Both the position numbers and the translations under genes were made by a program. From positions 16,057-80,056 of the forward strand of contig CAAGEG010000050.1 in NCBI GenBank assembly GCA_900768785.1: a stretch of DNA of 64,000 bases. Direction: 5' to 3'. The notes beneath the pieces are model-generated. The model saw only the letters and a program-made list of their open reading frames with translations. It had not been told where the DNA came from and made no database searches. This DNA is from an uncultured Prevotella sp. Its GTDB lineage: Bacteria > Bacteroidota > Bacteroidia > Bacteroidales > Bacteroidaceae. Positions 1-11,400 of this stretch are shown piece after piece (position 1 is the stretch's first letter; each line of letters begins with the position of its first letter).

Positions 1-2628
1 TTGAAACATACGGATATTGAGGCTCAAGTTATTTCTGACCAAATGGAACATATAGGAAAGTTTTCTACTAATAATGATATTCTTAATCATGTTTATAGAA
101 ATGCGTGGTGGGGAATATTGTCAAACTATAAGGGCTATCCTATAGATTGTCCTCAGCGCAACGAACGTCAGCCTTGGCTTGGCGATAGAGTGGCAGGTTG
201 TTTGGGTGAGTCTTACCTTTTTAATAATGAACGTCTTTACACAAAATGGATGAGAGATATTTGTGAATCTCAACGTTCCGATGGTGTGTTGTGTGATGTT
301 TCTCCTGCTTATTGGACTTATTACAATGATGATGTAACGTGGCCATCGGCTCTGCCTTTTGGTTGTGACATGATATATCGTCAATTTGGTAATGAAGAAC
401 CTATAAGAAATTCTTATCAAACATTGAAAAAATGGGTTAATCATGTTGCTACCGAATATATAAAAGACGATATAGTAATTAATGACAAATATGGAGATTG
501 GTGTGTTCCGCCTGAAGAGTTGTCTTTAATACATTCCAAAGACTCGTCAAGACAGACAGATGGTCGCCTTATTTCTACGGCTTATATGATATATAATCTG
601 CGATTAATGCAGAAATTTGCCAATATAGCAGGATATAAAGACGATACTTCTTATTATAAACAATTGGAGGATCGACTCACCTATGGCTTTAATAGAAAGT
701 TTTTATATGCCAAACATGGAACGTCTGTTCGTCATGAGCATGTTCTATTTCCCGATAGTGTCTATTATGGGAACAACACCCCAACTGCAAATATCCTTGC
801 TTTATCACTTGGTATTGTGCCTGATGATTGTCGTCGTGATGTGGTTTGTAATGTTGTTGAGAATATAATGAACAAAAACAAGGGGCATATTCCATGTGGT
901 GTTATAGGAATCTCTTGGTTGATGAGAGGCTTGTCTGACAATGGTTTTGCTGATGTTGCTTATCTCTTGGCTACAAATGACACTTATCCTTCTTGGGGAT
1001 ATATGGCTAAGCAAGGTGCAACAACTATTTGGGAACTATGGAATGGAGATAAGGCAAATGCATGGATGAATTCGGGAAATCATGTCATGTTGCTTGGCGA
1101 TTTGTTGACTTGGTGTTATCAATATCTTGGCGGGATAAGAAACAGCGAAGGGTCTGTAGCTTATAAACACATTGAATTAAAACCGAGTTTTGAGATCCAA
1201 GAGCTTGATAGTGTTGATGTTTGTTATGATACTCCTTATGGAATGGTTGTTTCACGTTGGGAGAAAGACTTGGAAAAGGTTCATTGGAATGTCGAGATAC
1301 CAGTCGGTACTACTGCTGATGTCTATTTACCTAATGGCAAAATAGAGCATGTCGGTTCCGGAAAATATACATTTGAATGTGAGTATAACTTGGTTTCGCC
1401 TAATGTAATTGACGATGAATTTGTTTATAGTCAAACAGATTTTCCACAGTGTCATTCTTCTTCAATAGTGGAACTTGATAATGGAGACTTGTTAGCTACA
1501 TATTTTGGTGGAACCAAAGAACGCAATCCTGATGTGTGTATTTGGGTTAGCCGCAAAGCAAAAGGCTCGGATAGGTGGAGTCATCCTGTTCTTGTTGCTG
1601 ATGGAGTATTTGCTCCTGGTACTGCTAAAGCTGCCTTTGCGGGTGTTGATTCTATGTGTACGAGAGCAATAGATGGTCCTATTGTTGGTATTACGAAGAC
1701 ATGGAAAGAAGCAAAATCTATGTTAGATGATGCACAACCTATTCCTTATTATGCCAATAGAATAGCTAAAGAAAAGTTTGGACAGCCATTAAACAAGTTG
1801 TATCGTAAGGCTTGTTGGAACCCGGTATTGTTTCAAATGCCGTCTGGTGAGGTTTGGTTATTCTTTAAAATAGGTCTTGTTATGAACGATTGGACAGGTT
1901 GGGTTATCAAGAGTAAGGATAGAGGTAAGACATGGTCGGATAAACACCCTCTTAATAAAGGTTTTCTTGGTCCGATAAAGAATAAACCGGTTATTGTTGA
2001 CGACCGTTTAATATGTCCGTCAAGTACTGAAAATGAGGGCGGATGGAAGTTCCATTTTGAAATACTTGACCTAAAAACAAATTCTTGGAAGTATGTAGGA
2101 CCTATTGAACGTGAGTTGATGCCATTAACAATTGATATGAATGCAGATGGTTCGTTAATAAGTAACGACTCAATAAAACATGAACTAAATCCTATATATT
2201 GTATTCAGCCTTCAATATTGATACATAAAGACGGTAGCTTACAAGCTATTGGACGTACCAAAAATGGGCGATTGGCATCTACTTTCAGCTATGATAAAGG
2301 TGATTCATGGACAAAGGTAACATTGATAGATTTGCCGAATAATCAATCGGGAACAGATGCTTTGACACTTAAAGATGGTCGTCATGTTCTTATTTATAAT
2401 GATTTCTCTACAATACCGGGAACACCTAAGGGACCTCGTAACCCATGTTCAATAGCTGTTTCTTACGATGATGGAAAGTCTTGGCAGAAGAAAATCACTC
2501 TTGAAGATAGTCCTATAGGCGATTATTCGTATCCTTCAATAATACAAGGAAAGGATGGTACTCTACATTGTACATATACTTGGAGAAGGTTTCGTATTGC
2601 ATATAAACATGTAAATATAGATAAATGA
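1..2628 (+). CDS. Alpha-L-rhamnosidase (GH78) fused to C-terminal sialidase-like BNR/GH33 domain; 5'-truncated by window edge
   Basis: GH78 motifs DCPQRNERQPWLGD, GATTIWELW, SGNHVMLLG; C-terminal Asp-boxes (SKDRGKTWS, SYDKGDSWT, SYDDGKSWQ) and YSYPSIIQ. Confidence 0.9.
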   Translation: MKHTDIEAQVISDQMEHIGKFSTNNDILNHVYRNAWWGILSNYKGYPIDCPQRNERQPWLGDRVAGCLGESYLFNNERLYTKWMRDICESQRSDGVLCDVSPAYWTYYNDDVTWPSALPFGCDMIYRQFGNEEPIRNSYQTLKKWVNHVATEYIKDDIVINDKYGDWCVPPEELSLIHSKDSSRQTDGRLISTAYMIYNLRLMQKFANIAGYKDDTSYYKQLEDRLTYGFNRKFLYAKHGTSVRHEHVLFPDSVYYGNNTPTANILALSLGIVPDDCRRDVVCNVVENIMNKNKGHIPCGVIGISWLMRGLSDNGFADVAYLLATNDTYPSWGYMAKQGATTIWELWNGDKANAWMNSGNHVMLLGDLLTWCYQYLGGIRNSEGSVAYKHIELKPSFEIQELDSVDVCYDTPYGMVVSRWEKDLEKVHWNVEIPVGTTADVYLPNGKIEHVGSGKYTFECEYNLVSPNVIDDEFVYSQTDFPQCHSSSIVELDNGDLLATYFGGTKERNPDVCIWVSRKAKGSDRWSHPVLVADGVFAPGTAKAAFAGVDSMCTRAIDGPIVGITKTWKEAKSMLDDAQPIPYYANRIAKEKFGQPLNKLYRKACWNPVLFQMPSGEVWLFFKIGLVMNDWTGWVIKSKDRGKTWSDKHPLNKGFLGPIKNKPVIVDDRLICPSSTENEGGWKFHFEILDLKTNSWKYVGPIERELMPLTIDMNADGSLISNDSIKHELNPIYCIQPSILIHKDGSLQAIGRTKNGRLASTFSYDKGDSWTKVTLIDLPNNQSGTDALTLKDGRHVLIYNDFSTIPGTPKGPRNPCSIAVSYDDGKSWQKKITLEDSPIGDYSYPSIIQGKDGTLHCTYTWRRFRIAYKHVNIDK

Positions 2629-2746
2629 TTTTGATGTTTGTGGTTAGTATAGCTTTCGTAATGATTTTCAATTGTAAACTAATTCTCGGTTATCGCTTGT
2701 CTTATAATTAGGTGTGGTAACCGATGGGGGTTTAAATTGTGAATCT

Positions 2747-2793
2747 AAAACATCCACAATGCCAACTTTTTGTTTAGGCATTGTGGATGTTTT
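2747..2793. terminator. Bidirectional intrinsic terminator between convergent genes
   Basis: AAAACATCCACAATGCC / GGCATTGTGGATGTTTT inverted repeat. Confidence 0.7.
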
Positions 2794-2845
2794 GATTATG
2801 GGATGTTGTTGTGTGTCTTTGTTATGTTTATTTATGGAGGTGAGA

Positions 2846-4252
2846 TTAGAATGCTTTCTTGTCTCCGCAAGCCATGTCTATAACGGTCTTACAAATGATT
2901 TGTATATCGAGCCAAAAACTCCAATGTTCTATATACCAGATGTCGCGTTTTACTCGTCTTTTCATGTCGTCAACGGTCTTTGTTTCTCCGCGTTCGCCAT
3001 GTGTTTGTGCCCAACCGGTGATGCCCGGCTTCACATAATGCCTTATCATATAGTCGGAAATAAGGCTTGAATAATAGTCTGTATGTGCCAACATGTGAGG
3101 TCTTGGACCTACCAAACTCATGTCTCCTTTTAGGACATTAATAAATTGAGGCAGTTCGTCTATGTTGGTGTGTCTTATGAAACGTCCCCATTTTGTTACA
3201 CGAGGGTCGTCTTTGACGGCTTGAAGTGTGTCGGCTTCTTTGTTTATCTTCATGCTTCTGAACTTGTAACAATAGAAGTCTTTGCCGTCATATCCTGTTC
3301 TTTTTTGTTTGAAGAACAATGGTCCGGGCATGGTGATTTTTGATATTATTGCTACAATAAGAAGTATTATAGGGAAGAGTGTGCACAAGAAGGTTAGTGA
3401 AAAGCATATATCGAATATGCGTTTCATTATTCTGTTTCTCAAATCGTATAGAGGTTCGTTGTATTGTTGCAATATATAGATGTCTCCAAACTCTTTCATT
3501 CGTGAGTTCTTAAACTCTTTATATATTATGTCGGGCACATAATAGATGCGTATCATCTTTTTATCGCATAGCTCAATAAGTTCTTTGAACCAACTGATTT
3601 CGCTTGGCGTGAGTCCTATATATATTTCGTCAACGTGATGACCTTCTATATATTTTATTATATCTTTGTTCTTTCCAAGTTTGTTTATTTGTTGTTCTGT
3701 GTTTTGATTTATCAGCTTGTCATTGTTGTCGTCAAAAAAGCCTATTATGTTGTATCCATTGAAGGGGTTAGTCATAATGTCAACAGCCATTTGCATCATA
3801 TTACCACCTCCTAATATCAAGGTGTTTACTCTGTCGTGACCTGTTGCTCTTTTTCGATGTATATATCTACGAATGGATAGTCGTGCAATGGTGGTGGTTA
3901 AAAATATGGTTGACACCATCAAGATGAGGCTTAAGAGGTTGGGTGCCGGTCTGCGGAATATGCCAAGTATGGTCATATATAGCAGAATAAATATAAATGA
4001 CGTGCGAGAAGTGTTTCTTAGCACTCTTGCCGGCTGTGACATACGGTGATGAAGGCTTATGCTTACAAACTGAAGTGCCAAGATATAGGCTGCGTTGGAT
4101 GCGAGCAGATTCTCTGACAAGCGTCCAAAACTGGATGGAAATAAATAGTAGTCAAATGCCAAATTCAAGAAGAAGATGACATTAAATATGAGTAAATCTA
4201 TTAATTGTAACCAGATGCTTATTTTAAATGTTCTATCAAACGCTGCTTTCAT
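2846..4252 (-). CDS. wcaJ: Undecaprenyl-phosphate glucose phosphotransferase (WcaJ-type priming glycosyltransferase)
   Basis: N-terminal TM helices, KRIFDI, YKFRSM, DELPQFINVLKGDMSLVGPRP, KPGITGWAQ. Confidence 0.88.
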   Translation of the reverse strand: MKAAFDRTFKISIWLQLIDLLIFNVIFFLNLAFDYYLFPSSFGRLSENLLASNAAYILALQFVSISLHHRMSQPARVLRNTSRTSFIFILLYMTILGIFRRPAPNLLSLILMVSTIFLTTTIARLSIRRYIHRKRATGHDRVNTLILGGGNMMQMAVDIMTNPFNGYNIIGFFDDNNDKLINQNTEQQINKLGKNKDIIKYIEGHHVDEIYIGLTPSEISWFKELIELCDKKMIRIYYVPDIIYKEFKNSRMKEFGDIYILQQYNEPLYDLRNRIMKRIFDICFSLTFLCTLFPIILLIVAIISKITMPGPLFFKQKRTGYDGKDFYCYKFRSMKINKEADTLQAVKDDPRVTKWGRFIRHTNIDELPQFINVLKGDMSLVGPRPHMLAHTDYYSSLISDYMIRHYVKPGITGWAQTHGERGETKTVDDMKRRVKRDIWYIEHWSFWLDIQIICKTVIDMACGDKKAF

Positions 4253-4483
4253 TGTCCAATTAGTTTAATATTGTGCGTGTTTGTTTTATTGTGTTGTTTA
4301 AATCAGTTTACAAAATTACAAATTATAGCTATAAATCAAATGGGGGGGGTAATTTTTTTACACATTGTTTTACTTAATTTAACATGCTGCTTGGTTTGTT
4401 TGCGTTAACTTTGCATTTGAGTAATATATAATAATTCTTTTTATTTTATAATAATACGTGACCAGGTATTTGTTTGGTTACTT

Positions 4484-5365
4484 ATGAAACATATAATTGT
4501 TATGGACAATTTCTTAAATCTTGAGTTCTTCGGCGTGTCTTTCAGATGGCTTATTGTTTTTCTGATAAAAGGAATACTGATATATTTGATAGTTAGAATC
4601 ATTACTGCGCTTATTAAATATCTTTTTAGACGTTCACAACGCAGGCGGGGGAGAATTGTTGTTGATGAGACTAAGGTTGGCTTTGTACGGCAGATAGCGG
4701 TTGTTTGTGTGTATGTTATTGGTACGGCAGCGTTTCTTTCGCTTATTCCGGGCATGGAAAAAGTGAGCAATTCCATACTTGCGAGTGCCGGAATAATGGC
4801 AATGGCTGTTGGCTTAGCATCTCAAGAGGCATTGTCAAACATTATCGGAGGACTGTTTATTATATTCTCCCGACCATTTAAAGTGGGAGATTTTATTCAG
4901 GTTGATGAAGTTATTGTAGGGACGGTTGTGGAAATTACATTGCGTCATACGGTAATTCGCAATATTGAGAATCGTATGATTCTTGTTCCAAACAACAAGA
5001 TTAATTCAAGCACCATCGTAAATTCGTCTTACGGAGACACCTCTACTTGTGCGTTGGTTGAGGTAGGTGTGTCTTATAATACAGAGCTTGACAGAGCAAT
5101 AAGTGTGATGCGTGATGTCGTAATGTCGCATCCAATGCTTATTGATATACGTAGTAATGAAGACGTAAGTGCAGGTGTGCCTAAGGTTATTATAAGGGTT
5201 GTTAATCTTGGCGACTCGGCTATCACCTTGCGGGCATGGGCTTGGGCTGCTAATTCGGCTAATGCTTTTGCTATGAAGTGCGATTTATTGAAATCGCTAA
5301 AAGAGCGTTTTGATATTGAAAATATTGAGATTCCGTATCCTTACTATAATATTAAGACATGCTAA
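4484..5365 (+). CDS. Small-conductance mechanosensitive channel (MscS family)
   Basis: GLASQEALSNIIGG..RPFKVGDFI, VPNNKI, IEIPYP. Confidence 0.9.
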   Translation: MKHIIVMDNFLNLEFFGVSFRWLIVFLIKGILIYLIVRIITALIKYLFRRSQRRRGRIVVDETKVGFVRQIAVVCVYVIGTAAFLSLIPGMEKVSNSILASAGIMAMAVGLASQEALSNIIGGLFIIFSRPFKVGDFIQVDEVIVGTVVEITLRHTVIRNIENRMILVPNNKINSSTIVNSSYGDTSTCALVEVGVSYNTELDRAISVMRDVVMSHPMLIDIRSNEDVSAGVPKVIIRVVNLGDSAITLRAWAWAANSANAFAMKCDLLKSLKERFDIENIEIPYPYYNIKTC

Positions 5366-5434
5366 ACATATAGTTTATCTTTCGTAAACATATGGTTTTT
5401 AATTTGGCTTTATATAGTTTCTTTTTCTTGCGCT

Positions 5435-5929
5435 ATGTATTACTCGTATTATAAATCGCCATTATGCCGCATGATAATGACTTCTGATGGAGAGAATCTT
5501 ACAGAATTGTGGTTTGAAAAACAGAAATATCGAGTAACAGAGGTAAAGGATGAAGTTTGTGAGGACGATATTCCGGTGTTTGAAAATACACGTTTGTGGC
5601 TTGATATATATTTTGCCGGCAACTGTCCCGATTTTGTTCCACCTATTAAATTTAATGGTAGCGAGTTTCAAAACAACGTTTGGAACATATTGAAAGATAT
5701 TCCTTTTGGTAAGACAATGACCTATGGAGAAGTGGCGGAAAGCCTTTGCAAGAGACTTGGTTTGCGAAGAATGTCTGCTCAAGCTATAGGAAATGCAGTT
5801 TCTCATAACCCTATTGCTATCATCATACCTTGTCATCGTGTAGTGGGAGCTAATAGAAAACTTGTGGGTTATGCTGCCGGAACGGACAAGAAACAATGGC
5901 TGCTGAATAATGAAGGGTTCAGATTTTGA
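5435..5929 (+). CDS. ogt: Methylated-DNA-protein-cysteine methyltransferase
   Basis: IPFGKTMTYG, IIIPCHRVVG active-site motif. Confidence 0.93.
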   Translation: MYYSYYKSPLCRMIMTSDGENLTELWFEKQKYRVTEVKDEVCEDDIPVFENTRLWLDIYFAGNCPDFVPPIKFNGSEFQNNVWNILKDIPFGKTMTYGEVAESLCKRLGLRRMSAQAIGNAVSHNPIAIIIPCHRVVGANRKLVGYAAGTDKKQWLLNNEGFRF

Positions 5930-5982
5930 ACGTCAGATACACATAGCATCCTACTGTCGTATGGTTTTAGAGATGCTTACGC

Positions 5983-6195
5983 CTATTTTAACACTTCACC
6001 GTTGCGCATTGCAAGCAAAGAGTTCCCGTTATTTGAAGTAATGATTTCTATTGTTCCACCAAGCCATTCGGTAAAAGGCTGTTCGTCGTCAAAATGGTAA
6101 TAATCAACAACAAAGCCGTTTTCAATCTCTACAATACATCTGTTTATAGAGACATCGCCTTTAATAACTCTGTTGACTGCCACCTTTCTTGTCAT
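5983..6195 (-). CDS. Small hypothetical protein, last gene of the ileS operon
   Basis: ATG start, co-oriented and closely packed; globular-looking sequence (EQPFTEWLGGTI). Confidence 0.6.
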   Translation of the reverse strand: MTRKVAVNRVIKGDVSINRCIVEIENGFVVDYYHFDDEQPFTEWLGGTIEIITSNNGNSLLAMRNGEVLK

Positions 6196-6223
6196 AAATC
6201 CGGAATAATTAAATAAAAAATTA

Positions 6224-7300
6224 TCAATTAGCCCGTTGCAATCTCTCTTTCGGGATTAATTTATGTGGTGGTGGCTGAAGCGAAATCTTGCCATCAGCAT
6301 CTATCTTTGGCGGCTTTCTGAATTCTCTGTTAACATGTGGCAAATGTGAAGGCTCCGTTTTGCGCTCGGTAGTTATCACTCTTCTATTCTCCGGTTGAGA
6401 TTTGTTTATCGGCATTCCGGTAGAAATCCCTTGCTGCATACGGCCTCTTTCGGTTGACATCATGTCTTTCGGACGTTTCAAAGAGTCTGTTGTTCCCATT
6501 TGTCCCTTTTGCGGAGCAACTCCTTGATTGTGGTTTCTCTGTCTAATCAACTTGATGTTATAGACAGACATTATTTTTATCGGATTCTTTATATCCTTTT
6601 GCTTGTTGCCGTTAAGATAGATAAAACCTCTGATTGCCTTTATCCCTTTTTTGTCTCTGTCTTCTGCGACAACTCGATACATGGAATTGGAGCTGATGGT
6701 AGTATGGTTATAAATCACACTATCGTTTTTCAAGACAATAGCCAGCAGAGCTGTTGCGTCTTTATTGCCCGAATTAACAATAAAATCGGTATTGAAACTG
6801 AATATAATCCTATCTCCTTTATGATAAGAAGTGTCGGCTTCAATCTCGAAAGTAGTTACATTGTAAGGAGCTTCTGCTGCAAGAAGACACGATTTCACGC
6901 CGTTCCAAAGGTTTGATGTGTCGCGTGACGATTTTATATCACCATAACTCTTCAAGTCATTAGCAGATGCGCCCAAAGCAAGTGCCTCGTTGCTCAGTCT
7001 CTTTGATACGTTTTCATAAATCTTGTGCAGTCTGTCGGCATGGCGAACATAATAGTTGAGGGTAGAATCAAACTCTTCCTGAGTGTAACCATGCTTTTTC
7101 ATTACCGCCTCTCTGTTTAGTGTAAGAGAGTAGGGTGATGTTTCGCCATTCTCATCAACAGACATGGCATCGGCAATATGCAAGTCGTAGATTAAATCCT
7201 CAAAATCTCCCGGCTGTATATACTGTGAAGGCACACTCGGTTTACAAGAAAACAGAATGGCAGCCATTATGAATGATAAGAATAATGAGAATTTTTTCAT
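6224..7300 (-). CDS. DUF4296-like lipoprotein
   Basis: Lipobox LFSC; EDLIYDLHIADAM..FDSTLNYY; position downstream of lspA. Confidence 0.75.
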   Translation of the reverse strand: MKKFSLFLSFIMAAILFSCKPSVPSQYIQPGDFEDLIYDLHIADAMSVDENGETSPYSLTLNREAVMKKHGYTQEEFDSTLNYYVRHADRLHKIYENVSKRLSNEALALGASANDLKSYGDIKSSRDTSNLWNGVKSCLLAAEAPYNVTTFEIEADTSYHKGDRIIFSFNTDFIVNSGNKDATALLAIVLKNDSVIYNHTTISSNSMYRVVAEDRDKKGIKAIRGFIYLNGNKQKDIKNPIKIMSVYNIKLIRQRNHNQGVAPQKGQMGTTDSLKRPKDMMSTERGRMQQGISTGMPINKSQPENRRVITTERKTEPSHLPHVNREFRKPPKIDADGKISLQPPPHKLIPKERLQRAN

Positions 7301-7315
7301 CTTAAAATCTACTTG

Positions 7316-7999
7316 TTATATCGTGTTAACAGTATCTTTATCCTCTCTGATCTCTTGATTTTCTTGTTTCTTATTGCCAAAGTGAAGAGACAATGTTGAC
7401 AGTTCGTTACGACAAAATATCAAAAGAAGCACCATTCCGACACTTATACAAGAGTCTGCAAAGTTGAATACGGGACTGAAAAATATAAATTCGTCACCTC
7501 CAACAACAGGCATCCAATCAGGCCAAGTGGTTACTATCAGCGGAAAATAAAACATATCAACAACCTTACCCATTAAGAATGGAGCATAACCATCACCGAA
7601 ATTCACAAAATAAGATGTATAGAAAGGTGAGGATGCATTGAATATAAGCCCGTAAAACATGCAGTCTATGAGGTTTCCCAAAGCCCCTGCCGTTACCAAA
7701 GCCAGCAGAATGACATAAGTCATTCTTGCATTATTGACAATTTGCTTATATAAATAAAATATCAAAACGCCTATGGCGCATATCCTAAAGATGCTCAACA
7801 CAAGTTTGTTTATGAGCGTCATGCCATACGCCATGCCGTTATTCTCAATGAAAGTGATGTAGAACCAATTTGTGATTTGTATACTTTCGTGCAACCGCAT
7901 ATTTGTCTTGACCTCAATCTTTATGATTTGGTCAATAGCAAGTAGCAGCGCAACGATTACAAATACAACAATTCCTTTTTGCTTGCAGGTTGTCAACAT
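7316..7999 (-). CDS. lspA: Lipoprotein signal peptidase II
   Basis: DQIIK, ENNGMAYG, GALGNLID, VVDM, PVFNFAD. Confidence 0.93.
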   Translation of the reverse strand: MLTTCKQKGIVVFVIVALLLAIDQIIKIEVKTNMRLHESIQITNWFYITFIENNGMAYGMTLINKLVLSIFRICAIGVLIFYLYKQIVNNARMTYVILLALVTAGALGNLIDCMFYGLIFNASSPFYTSYFVNFGDGYAPFLMGKVVDMFYFPLIVTTWPDWMPVVGGDEFIFFSPVFNFADSCISVGMVLLLIFCRNELSTLSLHFGNKKQENQEIREDKDTVNTI

Positions 8000-8005
8000 T
8001 TGTAT

Positions 8006-8383
8006 TTACTTCTTCATTGCATTCTTGGAAGCCACACTCAGAGTTGCATGTGGTACTGCGCGGAGTCGCTCCTTAGGTATTAGCTCTCCGGTAATACGGT
8101 CTATGCCGTAGGTCTTGTTCTGAATTCTGATGAGCGCACCCTCTAATCCTTGAATGAATTTCTGTAAACGGCTTGCTTGTTGCATCAGTTCTTCTTTGCT
8201 CTGAGTAACACTTCCTTCTTCTAAAACCTTATATGTAGGCGATGTATCATCAACATCGTTACCATCGGCATTGGTAAGAGACCTCATCATTTGTGTATAG
8301 TCTTTTCTTGCCAAACGCAGTTTCTCATCGATGATAGCCTTAAACTCTTGAAGCTCTTCATCACTGTAGCGTGTCTTTGCCAT
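8006..8383 (-). CDS. dksA: TraR/DksA family protein
   Basis: ALIRIQNKTYG..TGELIPKERLRAVPHA; ileS-dksA-lspA synteny. Confidence 0.85.
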   Translation of the reverse strand: MAKTRYSDEELQEFKAIIDEKLRLARKDYTQMMRSLTNADGNDVDDTSPTYKVLEEGSVTQSKEELMQQASRLQKFIQGLEGALIRIQNKTYGIDRITGELIPKERLRAVPHATLSVASKNAMKK

Positions 8384-8409
8384 AATATTTACGTTTTAAA
8401 ATTAAGTAA

Positions 8410-11400
8410 TTATACCTTTTCCACTTTAACATTGGCTTTGAAGTCATCAAATTCAACTTCTGCACCATTGTTGTTTTCTATTGTTATATCGTCTGCCAAA
8501 ACTTGGCTCTTGATATATTTATCAAAAGCTTTCACCGCCGCATCAAGTCTGTTGTCAGGAGATATGGTGACGTTAATGCGGTCTGTAATCTCAAGACCGC
8601 ACTCTTTGCGGAGGTTTTGTATTCTGTTTATAAGTTCTCGCGCCATTCCTTCGTTGCGCAATTCTTCGCTTAGCTCTACTTCAAGAGCCACAGTTATGTT
8701 GCCGTCGTTAGCAACAAGCCATCCGGGAATATCTTCACTAATGATTTCAACATCTGATGTTTCAACCGTGATATTCTCTCCTCCAATGCTTAAATCTATT
8801 GTTCCGGACTTCTCAAACTCCATGATTTCTTCTTGAGTAAGTTCTGCCATTGATGCGGCAATGCCTTTCATGAGTTTGCCGAACTTCTTTCCCATTACAC
8901 GGAAGTTGCATTTTACTTTCTTGACAAGTATGCCTGCGCCTTCAACAAACTTCAATTCTTTGACGTTAACCTCGTTTGTAAGCAATTCTTTAACAGCTTC
9001 TATGTGTTTGCGTTGAGCGTCGTCAACAGCAGGAATCATGATACACTGCAGCGGTTGTCTTACTTTTATGTTTACTTTACGCCTTAAAGCAAGTACCATA
9101 GATGTGATCTTTTGAGCCATTTCCATGCGTGCTTCGAGGTCAGAATCTATCAGATTGTCGTCGGCAACAGGGAATTCCGTGAGGTGAACGGAGTCTGCTT
9201 GTGAGCGTCCGGTAGCATTTACAAGGTCAAGGAACAGCCTGTCTGCGAAGAATGGACAGAAAGGTGCAAGCAGTTTTGCTACCGTTTCCAAACATGTATA
9301 TAGTGTCTCGTATGCCGAGAGCTTGTCGTTGTCCATCTCTTTTCCCCAGAAACGCTTGCGGTTAAGACGTACATACCAGTTGCTCAAGTCGTCGTTTACA
9401 AACTTGTCTATCAGTCTTCCGGCACGTGTGGGGTCATAGTTTTGAAGCTCTTTATCAACACCTTTTATTAATGAATGTAGCACAGACAATATCCATCTGT
9501 CTATTTCGGGGCGTTCATTAACCGGAATGTCCGGTTGAGAATAGTCAAATCCGTCAACGTTTGCATATAGACTGAAGAAGGAATAAGTGTTGTAAAGAGT
9601 TCCAAAGAACTTTCTTCTTATTTCATCTACGCCTTCTGGGTCATATTTCAGGTTGTCCCAAGGTTCTGAATTCGTCATCATGTAGAAGCGAACAGGGTCT
9701 GCGCCATATTTATCTATTTGGTCAAAAGGATTGATAACGTTGCCTACGTGTTTTGACATCTTGTTTCCTTTTGCATCAAGCACAAGTCCGGATGATATAA
9801 CGTTCTTGAATGCAACCGAGTCGAACACCATTGTCGCTATTGCATGTAGTGTAAAGAACCAGCCGCGTGTTTGATCTACACCTTCATTTATGAAGTCTGC
9901 AGGGAACGCCTTGCGGTTATCTATCATTTCTTTGTTTTCAAACGGATAGTGAATCTGTGCATAAGGCATGCTTCCTGAGTCAAACCAAACGTCTATAAGG
10001 TCGGTTTCGCGCTTCATAGCTTTGCCGTTGTCGCTTACAAGTATAATGTTGTCAACATAAGGACGGTGGAGATCTATCTTGTCATAATTGTCTTTAGAGT
10101 AATCTCCGGGTACAAAACCCTTGTCTTTCATCGGGTTGCTCTTCATCAAACCTGCATTTACAGACTTTTCAATCTCGTTGTATAGCTCTTGCAAACTGCC
10201 TATACACTTCTCTTCACCATCTTCATTTCGCCATATAGGTAATGGTGTTCCCCAATATCTTGAACGTGATAGGTTCCAGTCGTTAAGGTTTTCCAACCAG
10301 TTGCCGAAGCGACCTGTACCTGTTGACTCGGGTTGCCAGTTGATGGTTTTGTTTAGTTCAAACATTCTGTCTTTCTTTGCTGTGGAACGAATGAACCAAG
10401 AGTCGAGCGGGTAATAAAGTATTGGCTTGTCTGTACGCCAGCAATGGGGATAGTTGTGTACATGCTTTTCTATCTTCCATGCAGTGCCTTCCTGCTTCAT
10501 TTCCATACAGATAACGATGTTAAGGTCTTCTGCTTTGGCTGCAGCTTGCTCATCGTATTTTCCGTTGATGTTGAATTCCGGTTTGTAAGCATTTTTTACG
10601 AAGTCGCCGGCATGCTTGCTGTATGCGTTAATGTTCACACATGCATTTGCGAAATTGCAGTCAAGCTGGTCAACTGTGTAGTATTTGCCTTCAAGATCTA
10701 CCATTGGGCGTGTTTCTCCCTTCTTGTTTATGAGGAAGAGAGATGGTATATGTGCATCTTTAGCCACCTTTGCGTCGTCAGCTCCGAATGTAGGAGCAAT
10801 GTGCACAATGCCGGTTCCGTCGTCGGTTGTTACGTAGTCGCCGGGGATAACTCTGAAGGCACATTCTTCCATTTCAACAAATTCGTCTTTGCCGTTCTCT
10901 GCAATGAAGGTCTTTTCCGGGTGCTCTGCAGCATATTTTTCAACATATTCGGGTGCGAGAGCGCCTGTTTTCATACATGGTTTTACCCAAGACATCAGTT
11001 GTTTGTAGCTGTATCCAACAAGGTCTTTACCTGTATATTCGCCAATGATACGATATGGTATTATTTTATCTCCGTGTTTATAGTTGTCCATATCGGCATC
11101 TTTGCCTTCGGGTTTAAGGTATGCGTCAAGTCGAGATTCTGCCATTACGACTGTCATCTTGCTGTCGTTGTATGGGTTAAAAGTCTCTACAGCAACATAT
11201 TTTATGTTTGGACCGACGCAGAGTGCGGTGTTTGAAGGCAATGTCCATGGTGTTGTTGTCCATGCTGCAAAGAACGGTGTGCCCCATTTGGTCCATTTCT
11301 CGTCCGGATTGACAATCTCAAAGAGTGCCGTACATGTGGTATCTTTCACATCTCTGTAGCATCCGGGTTGGTTAAGTTCGTGAGAAGACAGTCCTGTGCC

